Shown here: one piece after another, positions 37,975 through 49,970 of the stretch | Layout of the letters: each line of letters starts with the position of its first letter | Position numbering within the stretch: position 1 is the stretch's first letter | The notes under the pieces: model-generated | Seen by the model: only the letters and a program-made list of their open reading frames with translations | Database searches by the model: none | What the model was told of the DNA's origin: nothing | Made by a program: the position numbers and the translations under genes | NCBI GenBank assembly: GCA_903911145.1 | Contig: CAIWCD010000013.1 | Location: 62,001 to 126,000, forward strand | DNA length: 64,000 nt | Origin: an uncultured delta proteobacterium | GTDB taxonomy: Bacteria > Myxococcota > Myxococcia > Myxococcales > 40CM-4-68-19 | Direction of reading: 5' to 3'

Positions 37975-38123
37975 GGAGCGACCTCGGCGTTCGCGAAAGT
38001 CGCGCACACTACAGTGAGAGAGGAAATGCCGCATCCGGCTTCTTCCGGTGCAGATCTGCCGCGAAAGTTTCGCTGCAACCGAGCGCGCGATTGGCAGGAG
38101 ATTGGAGTACGACTTCCCGCCGC

Positions 38124-38996
38124 ATGCGCTCTCTCGCGATCGTCCCGCTGCTCCTCGCTCTCGCCCCCAGCGCCATGCGTGCTGACGGGCCGCACGCACA
38201 AACTCCCGCGGCGACGCCCCGCGCCGAGCCGCAGAGCGACGAACTCGCACCACTCTGTCCAGCTCTGCCGGCCTCGGTCGAAAACCACCGCTTCGCCGCG
38301 GGCGAGCAACTCCGCTTCCACCTCGACCTCTACGGCGCGGACGTCGGCTCCTTCCAGATCGATCTCGAGCCGCCTCCTCGTGCCGAGAGGGAGCGCGTGC
38401 AGTTACTCATCCACGCACGCGCACACACGTCGGCCTTCGTCTCGACCAACCTCGGCGACTACTCGGGATTCGCCATCTCGCGCATCGGGCCGGGACTTGC
38501 TCCGCTCTCGACGCATGAGGAGGTCGACGAGGGATCGACGCATTGGTTGCACGAAGCAACCTTTCCGCCGAGGCAGGGAAAGCTCGACGTGCACGCGAGC
38601 AAGAACGGCGAGCCTGCTCCGCTTTCGCTCTCAGCGACGCCATCCGCGCGCGACCTGCTCTCAGCGTTTCTCACTCTGCGCGCCGCGCCGCTCACAGCTG
38701 GCACGCAGCTCTGCGCAGAGGCGTTCGGGGGCCGCCGCATCTGGAAGATGACAGGAACGATCGGGCCGCATGAACAGCTCGAGACGCCGCTGGGCAAGTT
38801 CGACACGGTCCGGATCGATCTGCTCTCTGCGCGCGTCGACGAGCCGCGCACGACCCGCGCCGCGCACTTCTGGATCACGGCTGACGAGCGCCGATTGCCG
38901 ATCGCTGCGCTCGCGGAGATCAAAGGCAAGACGATCCGCGCCCAACTCGAGTCAGCGAGCGGACGCGGATGGTCATTGGGCAAGAAGGCGAACTAG
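38124..38996 (+). CDS. DUF3108-like secreted protein
   Basis: Signal peptide; FAAGEQLRF, ETPLGKFDT, FWITADERRLP. Confidence 0.75.
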   Translation: MRSLAIVPLLLALAPSAMRADGPHAQTPAATPRAEPQSDELAPLCPALPASVENHRFAAGEQLRFHLDLYGADVGSFQIDLEPPPRAERERVQLLIHARAHTSAFVSTNLGDYSGFAISRIGPGLAPLSTHEEVDEGSTHWLHEATFPPRQGKLDVHASKNGEPAPLSLSATPSARDLLSAFLTLRAAPLTAGTQLCAEAFGGRRIWKMTGTIGPHEQLETPLGKFDTVRIDLLSARVDEPRTTRAAHFWITADERRLPIAALAEIKGKTIRAQLESASGRGWSLGKKAN

Positions 38997-39166
38997 GAAT
39001 TCTCCCGAAGACGCGCCCGTGCAGAGTGGGCGCGGCTTCGCACGTCACTGCTCGATTGCACTCGCGCGCCGGCGGCGCAGGTAGATCGGCAACAGAGCCA
39101 GCAGCGTCCAGCGACAGAACGAACCGGACTCCGCGTCCCAGTAGACACCTGCGGAAGAGGAGAGAC

Positions 39167-39201
39167 AAAAAAAGCACCGGCCACCTCGCGATGGTCGGTG
39201 C
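39167..39201 (-). terminator. Rho-independent terminator of the porin gene
   Basis: Minus strand GCACCGACCA-loop-TGGCCGGTGC followed by T7. Confidence 0.75.
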
Positions 39202-39260
39202 CGGTGCTTGGAGCGGATTCGCCGCGCCCGCTCAGGACGCGGCGCCGATCAGGCTTGCGT

Positions 39261-40778
39261 CTAGAAGATGTACCAGGCGGAGAGCTGGACGCGATCGTTG
39301 GTGCACGGGACCGAGTTGTCGCCGAACCGCTGGCGGGTCTTGCCCCACGAGAGGCCGGTGCGCACCGCAGAGGTGACGTCCCAGAGGATATCTGCGTTGA
39401 ACCAGCGCACGTCCGTGATCGCGCTCGCGGCCGTCGTGAAGTTGGTCGCGTTGTCGCTCTGCAGCGTTCCGTAGACCGCGCTCACATAGACCGAGCCGTT
39501 GTTGATGGGCAGGAAGTATTGCAGCGAGACGAGCATCGACTTGGCGTCGATGGTGTCGAGCTTCCCGGTGACGGTGTTGAAGCCGGCAACGCCCGGGTCG
39601 AGGTTCGCGCCGCTCGCGTAGGTCTTGCCCGTCGGAACGCCCGAGGGAGTACCGATCGAGCTGACACCTGCGCCCCAGCTCTGGAAGAGATCGTTGTAAC
39701 CGGAGCCGGTGCTGATCTCGCCGACGAGGGTGAGCACGTTGTTCTTGTCGAGCTTGCTGCCGGGGATGATCGGAATGATCGCGTCGAGAGCGAACGCCGT
39801 GCCCGTGGCGGTCTGGTAGTCCGAAGTGCCTGTCGGAACAGCGGCGAGGGCTCGGAATTTGCGCGTCAGCGCGGAGAACGCGAGCTGGACGCCTGAGTCA
39901 TCGCCGCCGGTCGGGCCGCTCGCCTTGTAGCCCTTCCATCCGTCCCACGCGAGGCGAAGGAAGCCACCGAAGTCGGGCGTCATTGAATCGCGCTGGTACG
40001 GACGGATCGCGGCGACCTCGAGCTCACCCTTGAAGTCGCCGAACTTGAGCGTCTTGCCGAGGCGCAGCTGGGCCGTGCGCTGGTAGATCTCGGCCGGCGC
40101 ACCCTGCAGATCGACCGTCGCGGGAATGAAGAGCGCCGCGCCACCGAGCGGATTCCACGTCTGGCCGAAGACAACGTCGATGTACGGCGTCGCCAGCTTG
40201 ACGAAACCGTGGCGGATGCGGAACGTCGGCGACGCGTAGATGCCCGCCTCTGTCGTGCCGTTCACGGCCGGAGTGGTCGCGACGGCAGAGATCGAGTTGA
40301 AGCCAAGGAAGTCCATCTCGAGGTTGCCCGTCGCCTTGATGCCGCTCGCCGTCTCGGGGCTGTCGACCTTGATGCCGAAGCGGGAGTTGCGCGCGCCGAA
40401 CTGCGCACGACCGTTGTCGCCCGCTTCACTGCCGATCTTCGCGATCGAACCGTTGCCCTGGAGTTCGGTGAACGACTGCGTCGAGTCGAAGATCGAGTCG
40501 GCTTCGACGAAACCGTAGAGCGTCACCTTGACCGCGCGGTTGTTGAGCGACGCGTTGCCGAGCACGAAGGTCGGCTCAGCCGACATCTGCGAATCGCCGC
40601 CAGGTGTCACGACCGTCTGCGGAGCAGCGCTCGTGGGCGCCGGTGCAGAGGAAGGAGCAGCAGCCGGAGCGGACGGCCCAGCCGCGCTGGTGGCCTGCGC
40701 GGGGGCCGCGGGCGCTGTCTGGGCGCTGGCGGAGAGGGCGGTCAAACCGAGAAGTGCAAGTGGGGCGATGCGGCGCAT
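39261..40778 (-). CDS. Outer-membrane porin (DcaP-like)
   Basis: Signal peptide, VTLYGFVEAD, RNSRFGI, LEMDF, FRIRHGF, FGQTW, terminal YIF. Confidence 0.8.
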   Translation of the reverse strand: MRRIAPLALLGLTALSASAQTAPAAPAQATSAAGPSAPAAAPSSAPAPTSAAPQTVVTPGGDSQMSAEPTFVLGNASLNNRAVKVTLYGFVEADSIFDSTQSFTELQGNGSIAKIGSEAGDNGRAQFGARNSRFGIKVDSPETASGIKATGNLEMDFLGFNSISAVATTPAVNGTTEAGIYASPTFRIRHGFVKLATPYIDVVFGQTWNPLGGAALFIPATVDLQGAPAEIYQRTAQLRLGKTLKFGDFKGELEVAAIRPYQRDSMTPDFGGFLRLAWDGWKGYKASGPTGGDDSGVQLAFSALTRKFRALAAVPTGTSDYQTATGTAFALDAIIPIIPGSKLDKNNVLTLVGEISTGSGYNDLFQSWGAGVSSIGTPSGVPTGKTYASGANLDPGVAGFNTVTGKLDTIDAKSMLVSLQYFLPINNGSVYVSAVYGTLQSDNATNFTTAASAITDVRWFNADILWDVTSAVRTGLSWGKTRQRFGDNSVPCTNDRVQLSAWYIF

Positions 40779-40907
40779 TCGTTCTCCCGTTGAAGGTACG
40801 TTGAAGGCGGGCGGTATCTACACGCGCTGTGCGTGTATTCGGCAACACGAATGTGAACAGCGTGTGTCGCGGGAGCGCTGGAGTTGCCTGCACGCTGCGG
40901 CATCGCT

Positions 40908-43343
40908 TCACTCGATGAGGAGGACCTGATCCTCCTTCGTGTCGATCGCGTAGAGGCGACTCCCGTCGGCAGAGAGGACAAGTTCACTCACGCCAGCAGG
41001 GAGAGCGACGGAAGGCTCGGCTGGCCCCAGCGCGCCCGTCACGGGATCGATCGCGATGCGCACCAGTTCCTGGCCAGAGAACGTCGGACGCAACAGATAG
41101 ACCCGCGTCCCCGCGGCCGGAACGCTCATGGACAAGGCGGCGTTTGCGGTCGCCTTGTCCAGGTAGATCAATCTGGTCGTTGCTCCATCGCCGCGCACCA
41201 GCGCGAGGTAGATGCGCCCAGAATCGCCATGACCGAGTATGTAGGCGGTGCCCTGGGCGGCGGCAGCGGAGATAAATGGCGCGGGCAGAGGAGATGCTGC
41301 CTTCGCGGCGGCCCCACTGAGCATCGCGGCGCTGTCGAAGAGTTCGACCTCCGACTGAAACGTGATGCCTTCGAGCCCCGTTTCATCGCTCAACAAAGCC
41401 ACTGTCTGGAAACTCGGGTCTGTTGAGGGATCGGTGTACGAACGCTTCCGCGGAAGCAGGGACGCACTCCACACGACGGACGTATCGAGCGACGAGACGC
41501 TCCACCCAGCCGACGTTTCGTAGGCAACGTTGAGCAGCCCGCCGTCGGTTGAAAGCGAGAACTGAGGAACGCCGTCGCCCGCTTCCGGAGGAAGGGGCCA
41601 CGAATCCGACGATGAGTCGGAGGTCCCGCCGAGCGTGTCCTGCGTGCGGCGCACCTCGAACCCTCCGCCATCGACCGTCTGGTGCAGCGAATAGAGGACG
41701 CGCCCATCCGGCGTCGCCGCGATCGACTCGAGGCTGCCGGGGTCAAGCACGCCTCCGTGGAAATCCTCTCTCAGCTCCTCCCCGACCTGAATCACACGAT
41801 TGACGGTCTGCGCGCCCAGCAAGAGTTGGCCTCCCGTGAGGCTCGAGTTGGGCAGCAGGCGAAGCTGCGGCGCACAAAGCCCGAGGGAGAACTTCACTTG
41901 ACCAGTCACCGCGCCGGTGTCCTGAGTAAGAAAGACCGATTCGCCCAGGGTGCCGACCGCGAACAGGTGTTTGACTGCCCGCACGCTGTTGGCGGACGGA
42001 ATCGGCGTGAGACCGTGAGGTGTCAGGACGAGCCCAACCGGGCTGCCGGTGATCTGGAACAGTTCGACGCCATCGGCCCCCGTGGTGGCGACGGCGAGCT
42101 GCTGGCTGTTGTCGGAGAACGCAATCGAGGTGGCCGCGATCCCTTGAGTGGCCGTCATCGGACTGGCCGAGGCAATTGCGTCGCCATCGATCTTGAACAT
42201 CTGCACGAAGGCGTTTCGCAGATAGGCAAGCGCGAGCCGGCGGCCATCCGGCGACACGGCAAGGGCGCGAACCGGATCGACCAACCAACCATCCACCTGT
42301 AGCGGCTCCCCGAGTGTCTGCGTCGACACGTCAAAGTAGCGCAAGGACGGTGTCACCGAGGGGTCGTCGTCACTCCAGCCAGAACTCACGATGAACCGAT
42401 GTTCTGCGACGAAAGCTGCGGTCAAAGGGTATCCAAACGAGACGGGCTGCACCTCGACGACGGGCGTCGGCGCCGTCAGATCGACCGTCCAAAGCTGCTG
42501 GTCGGAGACGACGATCACCGCGGAGCTCGCGGGGTCTGCCGCGATGGCGATGTGCTGTTGATCAAGGAGCCGAGTTGATGGAATCGCAGGAAGGCAGACA
42601 GGAGGAAGCATCTCGATCGAGGAGATCGGAAGCCCCGCGTCGGGGAGCCATCCATCGATTGCTCCGGCAACAACCTGTTTGAGAGTTGCCGCACTCCCGC
42701 TCGCACAGGAAGAAACGTCAGTCGAGACGATCAGCGCGCCGAGGTCCGTAGCCGCAACCGCGATGGTGCTGTGCTCATCCAGCACAGGAGTGAACTCACC
42801 CAGGCGTGTTACAACCCCAGCCCAACTGTAACTCGGCACGAATAGCAGTGCATCGCCCGCCGGACCGAGCGGAATCGCAGTGGCGACGTCCGGGCGCAAA
42901 TCGCGCTGCGCGGCGATCACTCCATTGCGCAATCGACCGAGCCCACGGAAGACGAATGGATCGTTCGAGATCGCCGTGCCCGTGGGAGATACGACGGAGA
43001 TTCGCGCCCCCGCGTCTGCGGCGGAACCGACGTCATCGGGAACTACGACATCGACGGTTGTCGTGCCACCATCCGAGATGAGCGAAAGCGGCGTCACGGG
43101 GAGACCCTGGCCGAATCGAATCTGCACGTCGGAAGGACGCGCGCCAAGATTGACACCGGTCAGCGCGACGTGCGTGCCAGCCCAACCGGAGGTTGGCGTG
43201 AAGCTTTTGATCAGGACCTTGTTGTCGGACGGAACGTCGAAATCGCGCGCACAGCCACTGTGGCTGATCCCGACAAGAAGCGAAAAGCTCGAGAGGAGCG
43301 CGGCCGCAGCGTTCAAGCGACGCCGAATGATTGTGTCCCCCAT
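40908..43343 (-). CDS. Lipoprotein with IPT/TIG domain and beta-propeller repeats
   Basis: Lipobox HSGC; IKSFTPTSGWAGTHVALTGVNLG; LAVSPDGRRL, LSADGSRLY; start trimmed to ATG 43343. Confidence 0.72.
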   Translation of the reverse strand: MGDTIIRRRLNAAAALLSSFSLLVGISHSGCARDFDVPSDNKVLIKSFTPTSGWAGTHVALTGVNLGARPSDVQIRFGQGLPVTPLSLISDGGTTTVDVVVPDDVGSAADAGARISVVSPTGTAISNDPFVFRGLGRLRNGVIAAQRDLRPDVATAIPLGPAGDALLFVPSYSWAGVVTRLGEFTPVLDEHSTIAVAATDLGALIVSTDVSSCASGSAATLKQVVAGAIDGWLPDAGLPISSIEMLPPVCLPAIPSTRLLDQQHIAIAADPASSAVIVVSDQQLWTVDLTAPTPVVEVQPVSFGYPLTAAFVAEHRFIVSSGWSDDDPSVTPSLRYFDVSTQTLGEPLQVDGWLVDPVRALAVSPDGRRLALAYLRNAFVQMFKIDGDAIASASPMTATQGIAATSIAFSDNSQQLAVATTGADGVELFQITGSPVGLVLTPHGLTPIPSANSVRAVKHLFAVGTLGESVFLTQDTGAVTGQVKFSLGLCAPQLRLLPNSSLTGGQLLLGAQTVNRVIQVGEELREDFHGGVLDPGSLESIAATPDGRVLYSLHQTVDGGGFEVRRTQDTLGGTSDSSSDSWPLPPEAGDGVPQFSLSTDGGLLNVAYETSAGWSVSSLDTSVVWSASLLPRKRSYTDPSTDPSFQTVALLSDETGLEGITFQSEVELFDSAAMLSGAAAKAASPLPAPFISAAAAQGTAYILGHGDSGRIYLALVRGDGATTRLIYLDKATANAALSMSVPAAGTRVYLLRPTFSGQELVRIAIDPVTGALGPAEPSVALPAGVSELVLSADGSRLYAIDTKEDQVLLIE

Positions 43344-43411
43344 CCTCGCTCCGCTCCTGGCAACACCGCCCGCGCCGCCGCCATCGATGCTCCGCGACGC
43401 CAGCGGATCGC

Positions 43412-44905
<1,494 letters not shown>

Positions 44906-44968
44906 GGCGGCCTTGTACCGCCAGCGAAGCGCGAGGGCTAGACAGATCGTCTGGCCCTGAACGACGAA

Positions 44969-45487
44969 CTAGACGAGGCCCTTGTTCCGGCGGATCTGCT
45001 CCACCGTCTTCTGGTACTCAATCTCGAACGCCTGCGTGCCCTCGGTCAGATGCTTGATGCGGGCGCGCGCCTCACGGTCGACATCATCTTCGACGTCGAG
45101 GTGCTTCTTGAAGACCTGGTAGACCCGACGACGGATCGTGTGATCCTCCGAGAACACCTCCTCGACGTTGCGCGAGATGAGGAGGAACTCGATCATCTGG
45201 TTGATGATGTAGTCGACGCCGTCGTCGCCCATCTTGAAGCCGCGCACGTCGGCCATCTCGCGCTTCACGGAATTGAACTTCGAGTGATCGTAGCCGCGGC
45301 GCTCGAGAGCTTCGCGCGTGGCCTGGTTCACCCGCTCCTCGGAGGCGAGGTACTCCTTGAGAATGGCCGCCATGTCCATCTCGGCGTCAGCCACTCGCAT
45401 GGTCTCCACCTCGACGTCTCCCTCGGCCATGAGCGTGCCCACCACGTCGCGGGCGATGGCAGGGATGATCTTGGGGTAGAGCTTCAT
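44969..45487 (-). CDS. DUF507 family protein
   Basis: MKLYPK...DVDREARARIKHLTEGT..FEIEYQK...KGL; start trimmed to ATG 45487. Confidence 0.8.
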   Translation of the reverse strand: MKLYPKIIPAIARDVVGTLMAEGDVEVETMRVADAEMDMAAILKEYLASEERVNQATREALERRGYDHSKFNSVKREMADVRGFKMGDDGVDYIINQMIEFLLISRNVEEVFSEDHTIRRRVYQVFKKHLDVEDDVDREARARIKHLTEGTQAFEIEYQKTVEQIRRNKGLV

Positions 45488-45572
45488 AGATCGCGGATCC
45501 TTTCCGGGATGTTCGCGGCTGTCGCTTGTAGATGATGCGGCAGGGGGCCGCAAGCTAAATTCCAAGAAAATG

Positions 45573-47786
45573 TCAAGTCCCCCCCTCCTCGTCGAGCTCG
45601 GCGGCGTCGAGTTCAAGAGCGGAAAGCTCGCCCCCGGCAGCGTCGAAGGCGACGTCCTCCTGCTCGGGGAGCGGTGCATCCGGACCTGAATCGTCCTGCT
45701 GCTCGTCGACCGCTTCCGCTGCCGCAGCGCCCTGCCCGCGCAGGAACGTCGCGATCCGACCGGCGAGCTCGACGTTGACGCCTGGCGCCTGCGCGAGCTC
45801 ATCCACGGTGGCCGCGCGGATGCGCTTGAGCGAACCGAAGTGAGTGAGCAGCGCGCGCTTGCGCTTCTCACCGACGCCCTCGACCTCCTCGAGCACGGAG
45901 CGGAAATTCCGCTCGCGCCGCAGCTTGCGGTGGAACGTGATGGCGAACCGGTGCGCCTCGTCGCGCAGTCGCTGGAGGAGAAAGAGTTCGCTCGTGTTCT
46001 GCCGGAGCACGACCGGATTCTTCTGCCCCGGAAGGAACACGCGTTCGGGCGAGCGCTCGAGCGACTCCTTGCTGTAACGACCGGGCCGGCGCGAGCGACC
46101 GGCGAGAGGATCGTCCGGATTCACTGTCGGACGAGGCGCTGTCTGTGCGTCCTGTTCACCACCAGCCTCGCTGTCCGCCGCCTCGGCGGTCTGCTCGCCG
46201 CCCTCCGCCTCGACGTCAGGTCCTGCCCGATCAGCCCAGGCATCGGCGAGCTTGAATCCCTGGCGGGCCGCAAAGCGCGCCTCGTCCTCGACGACGCGGC
46301 TCTTGGCAAGACCGGCCAGTGCGACATCGCTGGCACTTAGCCCCAGCTCTTTTAATGCCGCGCGCGCGACGTTTAATTGCCCCTTGCCGCCATCGACGAG
46401 GATTAAATCAGGCAGGTCGTGCGCAGCTTTTCCCTTGGCGAGCCGGCGCGTCAGCACCTGGAACATCGAGGCGAAATCATCGAGCCCCGCGTCCCCGCGC
46501 ACACGATAGAGCCGACACCTCGACTTATCCGGCTCGCCGTCGGTAAACGCGACCTGGCTGCCAACGGTGAATTGCCCCTGAATCGTCGACATATCGAAGC
46601 ATTCGATTCGGCGCGGCAGCTTTGCGAGTTTCAACCGACTCTGCAGCCGAGTCAGAGACTCGAGCGCGCTGGCTGCTGTCTTGCGCCGCTCTTCAAATGC
46701 ATGGCGCGCATTCTCCTGGGCCATCTCGAGCAGACGAACCTTTTCGCCGCGCTCGGGAACCAGCACGTGCACGCGATCGCCGCGCTTCTCCGACAACCAC
46801 GCCTCGAGCGTTTCGGCGCCAGGGACCGCGATCGGAAGCAGCAGCTCCTTGGGGATTAAAGCGCCCGAATCGTAATACTGCTCGACGAAGCTCTGCACGA
46901 GCTCGTCGGTGGGAAATTCCTGCTTGTTGAAATGGAAACTCCGCGCGCCGTTTAATCGACCGTTGCGGAAAAAGAGCGCGTGCAACTCAAGCAAGCCGCC
47001 TTCGCGATAGTAACCGATGATATCCTGATCGACGAGATCGCCGAGCACCGTGCGCTGCTTTTCCAACGAGCGCGTCATCGCGTCGACCTGGTCGCGCAGC
47101 AGCGCCGCGCGCTCAAACTCGAGCGCCTTCGCAGCCTCCTTCATCCGCGCCTGCAACGTATTCGTCAGTTCGTCCGCTTTCCCTTCAAGAAACAGCGACA
47201 CGTCCTGAACCGAACGTTGGTAATCCTCGGTCGGCACGGAATAGACGCAGGGCGCCGGACAGCGCTTGATCTGATACTGCAAGCAGGGCCGGCGCCGATT
47301 GGCCATCACCTGATCGGTACAGGTGCGCAACTGAAAGTGGCGATTGACGACCTGCAGCGTTTCGCGAATTGCAGACGCGCTTGAGTAAGGACCGAAGTAT
47401 CGCGCGTTGTCCTTGCGCACGCGACGCACCACCTCAAGCCGCGGATAAGGGACGCTTCGCGAGAGCCGCAGCGAGATGAAGTTCTTATCGTCGCGCAGGC
47501 GGACATTAAACCGCGGCCGGTGTTTTTTAATCAGCTCATTCTCAAAGAGCAGCGCGTCTTTTTCGCTCGGCGCGAGAATCACCTCGATGTCGCCGAGAAG
47601 CTCCTCGAGAAACGGCACAAACGAGCGCGTATCGGACGTGCGCGCCTGAAAGTATTGCGACACGCGCGCGCGAAGGTTCTTCGCTTTGCCGATATAGACC
47701 ACCACATCCTGGCGGTCCTTCATGATGTAGACGCCGGGCGTCGTCGGCAGCGTCTCGAGTTTCGCCTGCAGCGCTTCGCTGAGCAT
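45573..47786 (-). CDS. uvrC: Excinuclease ABC subunit C
   Basis: PGVYIM, YIGKAKNLR, RIECFD, LVDGGKGQL, RDEAHRFAI, HhH GVGEKRK. Confidence 0.97.
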   Translation of the reverse strand: MLSEALQAKLETLPTTPGVYIMKDRQDVVVYIGKAKNLRARVSQYFQARTSDTRSFVPFLEELLGDIEVILAPSEKDALLFENELIKKHRPRFNVRLRDDKNFISLRLSRSVPYPRLEVVRRVRKDNARYFGPYSSASAIRETLQVVNRHFQLRTCTDQVMANRRRPCLQYQIKRCPAPCVYSVPTEDYQRSVQDVSLFLEGKADELTNTLQARMKEAAKALEFERAALLRDQVDAMTRSLEKQRTVLGDLVDQDIIGYYREGGLLELHALFFRNGRLNGARSFHFNKQEFPTDELVQSFVEQYYDSGALIPKELLLPIAVPGAETLEAWLSEKRGDRVHVLVPERGEKVRLLEMAQENARHAFEERRKTAASALESLTRLQSRLKLAKLPRRIECFDMSTIQGQFTVGSQVAFTDGEPDKSRCRLYRVRGDAGLDDFASMFQVLTRRLAKGKAAHDLPDLILVDGGKGQLNVARAALKELGLSASDVALAGLAKSRVVEDEARFAARQGFKLADAWADRAGPDVEAEGGEQTAEAADSEAGGEQDAQTAPRPTVNPDDPLAGRSRRPGRYSKESLERSPERVFLPGQKNPVVLRQNTSELFLLQRLRDEAHRFAITFHRKLRRERNFRSVLEEVEGVGEKRKRALLTHFGSLKRIRAATVDELAQAPGVNVELAGRIATFLRGQGAAAAEAVDEQQDDSGPDAPLPEQEDVAFDAAGGELSALELDAAELDEEGGT

Positions 47787-47797
47787 TCGGGCCGCGT

Positions 47798-49906
47798 CTA
47801 TTTCTTCTGCGATCCGCGTCCGCGACCGCGACCACGCCCATTAAACGCCGGCCTCGGCGCAATCCCCGCAGCTGCGCGCGCCTCCGCCTTTAATACCTGC
47901 GGCTTCTTCGGCATGATTCCAAGATCGAGATCCTTGATCGCCTGGATCTTGTCGCGCAGCATCGCCGCGCCCTCGAAATCGAGCGCCTCCGACTTCTCGT
48001 GCATCTCGGCCGTCAGATCCGCGATTAACTTCGGAACGTCCTTGCGATTGGCCGGCAGATATCCTGCGAGCTCTTCCCTGCCCGCGAGCGCGTCGTCGTT
48101 GCCGCTCGCGATCCCACCGATCGCAAGATCAATAATCGAGCGCTTGGTCGACTGCGGCGTGATGTTGTGCTCGCGATTATAGGCCTCTTGAATCGCGCGG
48201 CGGCGATCGGTCTCGCCGATCGCCTTCTTCATCGAATCGGTCATTCGATCGGCATAGAGAATGACGCGCCCCTCGACGTTGCGCGCAGCGCGGCCGATGG
48301 TCTGGATCAGCGACACGCTCGAGCGCAGAAACCCCTCCTTGTCCGCATCGAGCACGCCGATTAACGACACTTCGGGGAGATCGAGTCCCTCGCGGAGGAG
48401 ATTAATCCCGACGAGGACGTCATAGAGACCGCGCCGCAGATCACGAATCAGATCGAGCCGCTCGAGCGTATCAATGTCCGCGTGGAGGTAACGCACGCGA
48501 ATGCCCAGGTCCGCGTAATACTCGGTGAGATCCTCCGCCATCCGCTTGGTCAGCGTCGTCACCAGGACACGCTGTCCCTTCTCGACGCGGATGCGAATCT
48601 CCTCGAGGAGGTCGTCCACCTGCGTCGCCACGGGCCGGATCTCCACCTGCGGATCGACGAGGCCCGTCGGGCGGATGATCTGCTCGACGATTACGCCCTC
48701 GCTCTTCTTGAGTTCATATTCCGCGGGCGTGGCCGAGACATAGATCGCCTGGTTCACCAACCCTTCGAACTCCTCGAACTTCAAGGGACGGTTATCGAGC
48801 GCAGATGGCATACGGAAGCCATATTCGACCAGCGTCTCCTTGCGTGCGCGGTCACCGCGATACATCGCGCCAATCTGCGGAATGCTCTGGTGCGATTCGT
48901 CAATGACGACGAGAAAATCCTTGGGGAAGTAATCAAGCAAGCACGGCGGCGGCGCACCCGGTTCGCGGCCAGACAGTTGCCGCGAATAGTTCTCGATGCC
49001 GTTGCAGTAACCCATCTGCTCGATCATCTCGAGGTCGAACATTGTCCGCTGCTCAAGTCGCTGGGCCTCGAGGAGCTTGTTCTGCGAGCGCAGTTGCTGC
49101 AGGCGCATGAGCAGCTCGTCTTTAATCGCGGTCATCGCGATTCCGCGGCGCGCGCCCGAGGTCACATAGTGGCTCGAAGGAAAGATCGAAATCTTATCGA
49201 TCTCCGCGAGCACGCGGCCACGCAGCGGATCAATCTCTTTAATGCACTCGACGGTATCGCCGAACAACTCAACGCGAATGGCGCGCTCTTCCTCGTACGC
49301 AGGGAAGATCTCGATCGTGTCGCCCTTCACACGAAAGGTTCCTCGCGCGAAGTCGGTATCGTTGCGCTCATATTGAATCTCAACCAGATCCTTGAGCAGC
49401 TTGCCGCGCGGGTAATCGACGCCCTTCTGCAGCGATACCTTCAGTTCGAAATAGGCTTCCGCGGTGCCGAGGCCATAGATGCAGCTCACTGAGGCGACGA
49501 TGAGCACGTCGTTTCGCGTCAGCAGCGAGTGGGTCGCGGCGTGACGAAGTCTGTCGATCTCGTCGTTGATCGACGAATCCTTCTCGATGAAGGTATCCGA
49601 GGAAGGGACATACGCTTCGGGCTGGTAGTAATCGTAATAGCTGACGAAGAACTCGACGGCGTTGTTGGGAAAGAGCTCCTTGAACTCGCCGTAGAGCTGG
49701 CCCGCGAGCGTCTTGTTGTGCGCGATCACCAGCGTTGGCCGCTGCACCTGCGCGACCACGTTGGCGATCGTGAACGTCTTACCGCTGCCGGTGACGCCAA
49801 GGAGCGTCTGGTGGCGATCGCCGCGGCGCAGGCCCGCGCAGAGCTCCTCGATGGCGCGAGGTTGATCTCCAGCGGGCGTATATTCGGTCTTTAATTCGAA
49901 TGGCAT
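47798..49906 (-). CDS. uvrB: Excinuclease ABC subunit B
   Basis: [45 protein letters not shown] coiled-coil. Confidence 0.98.
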   Translation of the reverse strand: MPFELKTEYTPAGDQPRAIEELCAGLRRGDRHQTLLGVTGSGKTFTIANVVAQVQRPTLVIAHNKTLAGQLYGEFKELFPNNAVEFFVSYYDYYQPEAYVPSSDTFIEKDSSINDEIDRLRHAATHSLLTRNDVLIVASVSCIYGLGTAEAYFELKVSLQKGVDYPRGKLLKDLVEIQYERNDTDFARGTFRVKGDTIEIFPAYEEERAIRVELFGDTVECIKEIDPLRGRVLAEIDKISIFPSSHYVTSGARRGIAMTAIKDELLMRLQQLRSQNKLLEAQRLEQRTMFDLEMIEQMGYCNGIENYSRQLSGREPGAPPPCLLDYFPKDFLVVIDESHQSIPQIGAMYRGDRARKETLVEYGFRMPSALDNRPLKFEEFEGLVNQAIYVSATPAEYELKKSEGVIVEQIIRPTGLVDPQVEIRPVATQVDDLLEEIRIRVEKGQRVLVTTLTKRMAEDLTEYYADLGIRVRYLHADIDTLERLDLIRDLRRGLYDVLVGINLLREGLDLPEVSLIGVLDADKEGFLRSSVSLIQTIGRAARNVEGRVILYADRMTDSMKKAIGETDRRRAIQEAYNREHNITPQSTKRSIIDLAIGGIASGNDDALAGREELAGYLPANRKDVPKLIADLTAEMHEKSEALDFEGAAMLRDKIQAIKDLDLGIMPKKPQVLKAEARAAAGIAPRPAFNGRGRGRGRGSQKK

Positions 49907-49970
49907 GCGCGGGCGATCATAGTGACGAGGAGAGCCCCGCGCACGTGAAGGGGCGCGACGAGGGCGTCGA

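Noticed and set aside
40908..43343. Slightly lower-GC lipoprotein gene as a mobile island
   Set aside because: No mobility genes, terminal repeats or target duplications visible.
49907..49970. LexA/SOS box upstream of uvrB
   Set aside because: No recognisable box in the short intergenic region.
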